Shown here piece by piece: positions 57,368-57,393 of a stretch of DNA of 57,393 bases; the stretch's first letter is position 1; each line of letters opens with the position of its first letter. The stretch lies in NCBI GenBank assembly GCA_007693685.1, contig REDB01000135.1, positions 1 to 57,393 on the forward strand, written 5' to 3'. The notes beneath the pieces were generated by a model that saw only the letters and a list, made by a program, of their open reading frames with translations, did no database searches and was not told where the DNA came from. The stretch comes from Oceanospirillales bacterium (GTDB lineage Bacteria; Pseudomonadota; Gammaproteobacteria; Pseudomonadales; Balneatricaceae). The position numbers and the translations under genes were made by a program.

Positions 57368-57393
57368 GTTGAGTGTCTCATAGAAAAAGTCGA

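Overview
Gene-dense chromosomal segment of a gammaproteobacterium. Gene content suggests an Oceanospirillales/Pseudomonadales-like organism (inference). The left ~35 kb is mostly core: suhB (partial), trmJ-cysE, a hybrid iscR-iscS-sufBCDS-ATC-sufT-sufE Fe-S operon with tandem IscR boxes, a fliK-like/stand-alone FlhB-C pair, complete ccmABCDEFGHI, zipA-ligA, a CBS protein, mnmC-ampD/nadC, mdh, FNR-boxed ubiUV/ubiT, and bioMNY with an XRE-cupin regulator. The right ~22 kb is rich in signalling and redox genes: a REC-HD-GYP gene coupled to a 2137-aa soluble pseudokinase-AAA-GAF-histidine kinase-REC-REC-Hpt protein, ppk2, ldhA, katG, an MCP, an output-less GAF-PAS protein, a hemerythrin-PAS-GGDEF-EAL protein, an NCS2-like permease, an exported DsrE-like protein and a persulfide dioxygenase. 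I saw no rRNA, tRNA, CRISPR array or IS element. Best leads: (1) a SuhB whose visible phosphatase metal ligands are largely lost while its boxA leader element is kept; (2) the STAND-like/pseudokinase phosphorelay feeding an HD-GYP phosphodiesterase; (3) the IscU-less isc/suf hybrid with a C-terminally shortened IscS. All family assignments come from motif recognition by eye; no searches were run.
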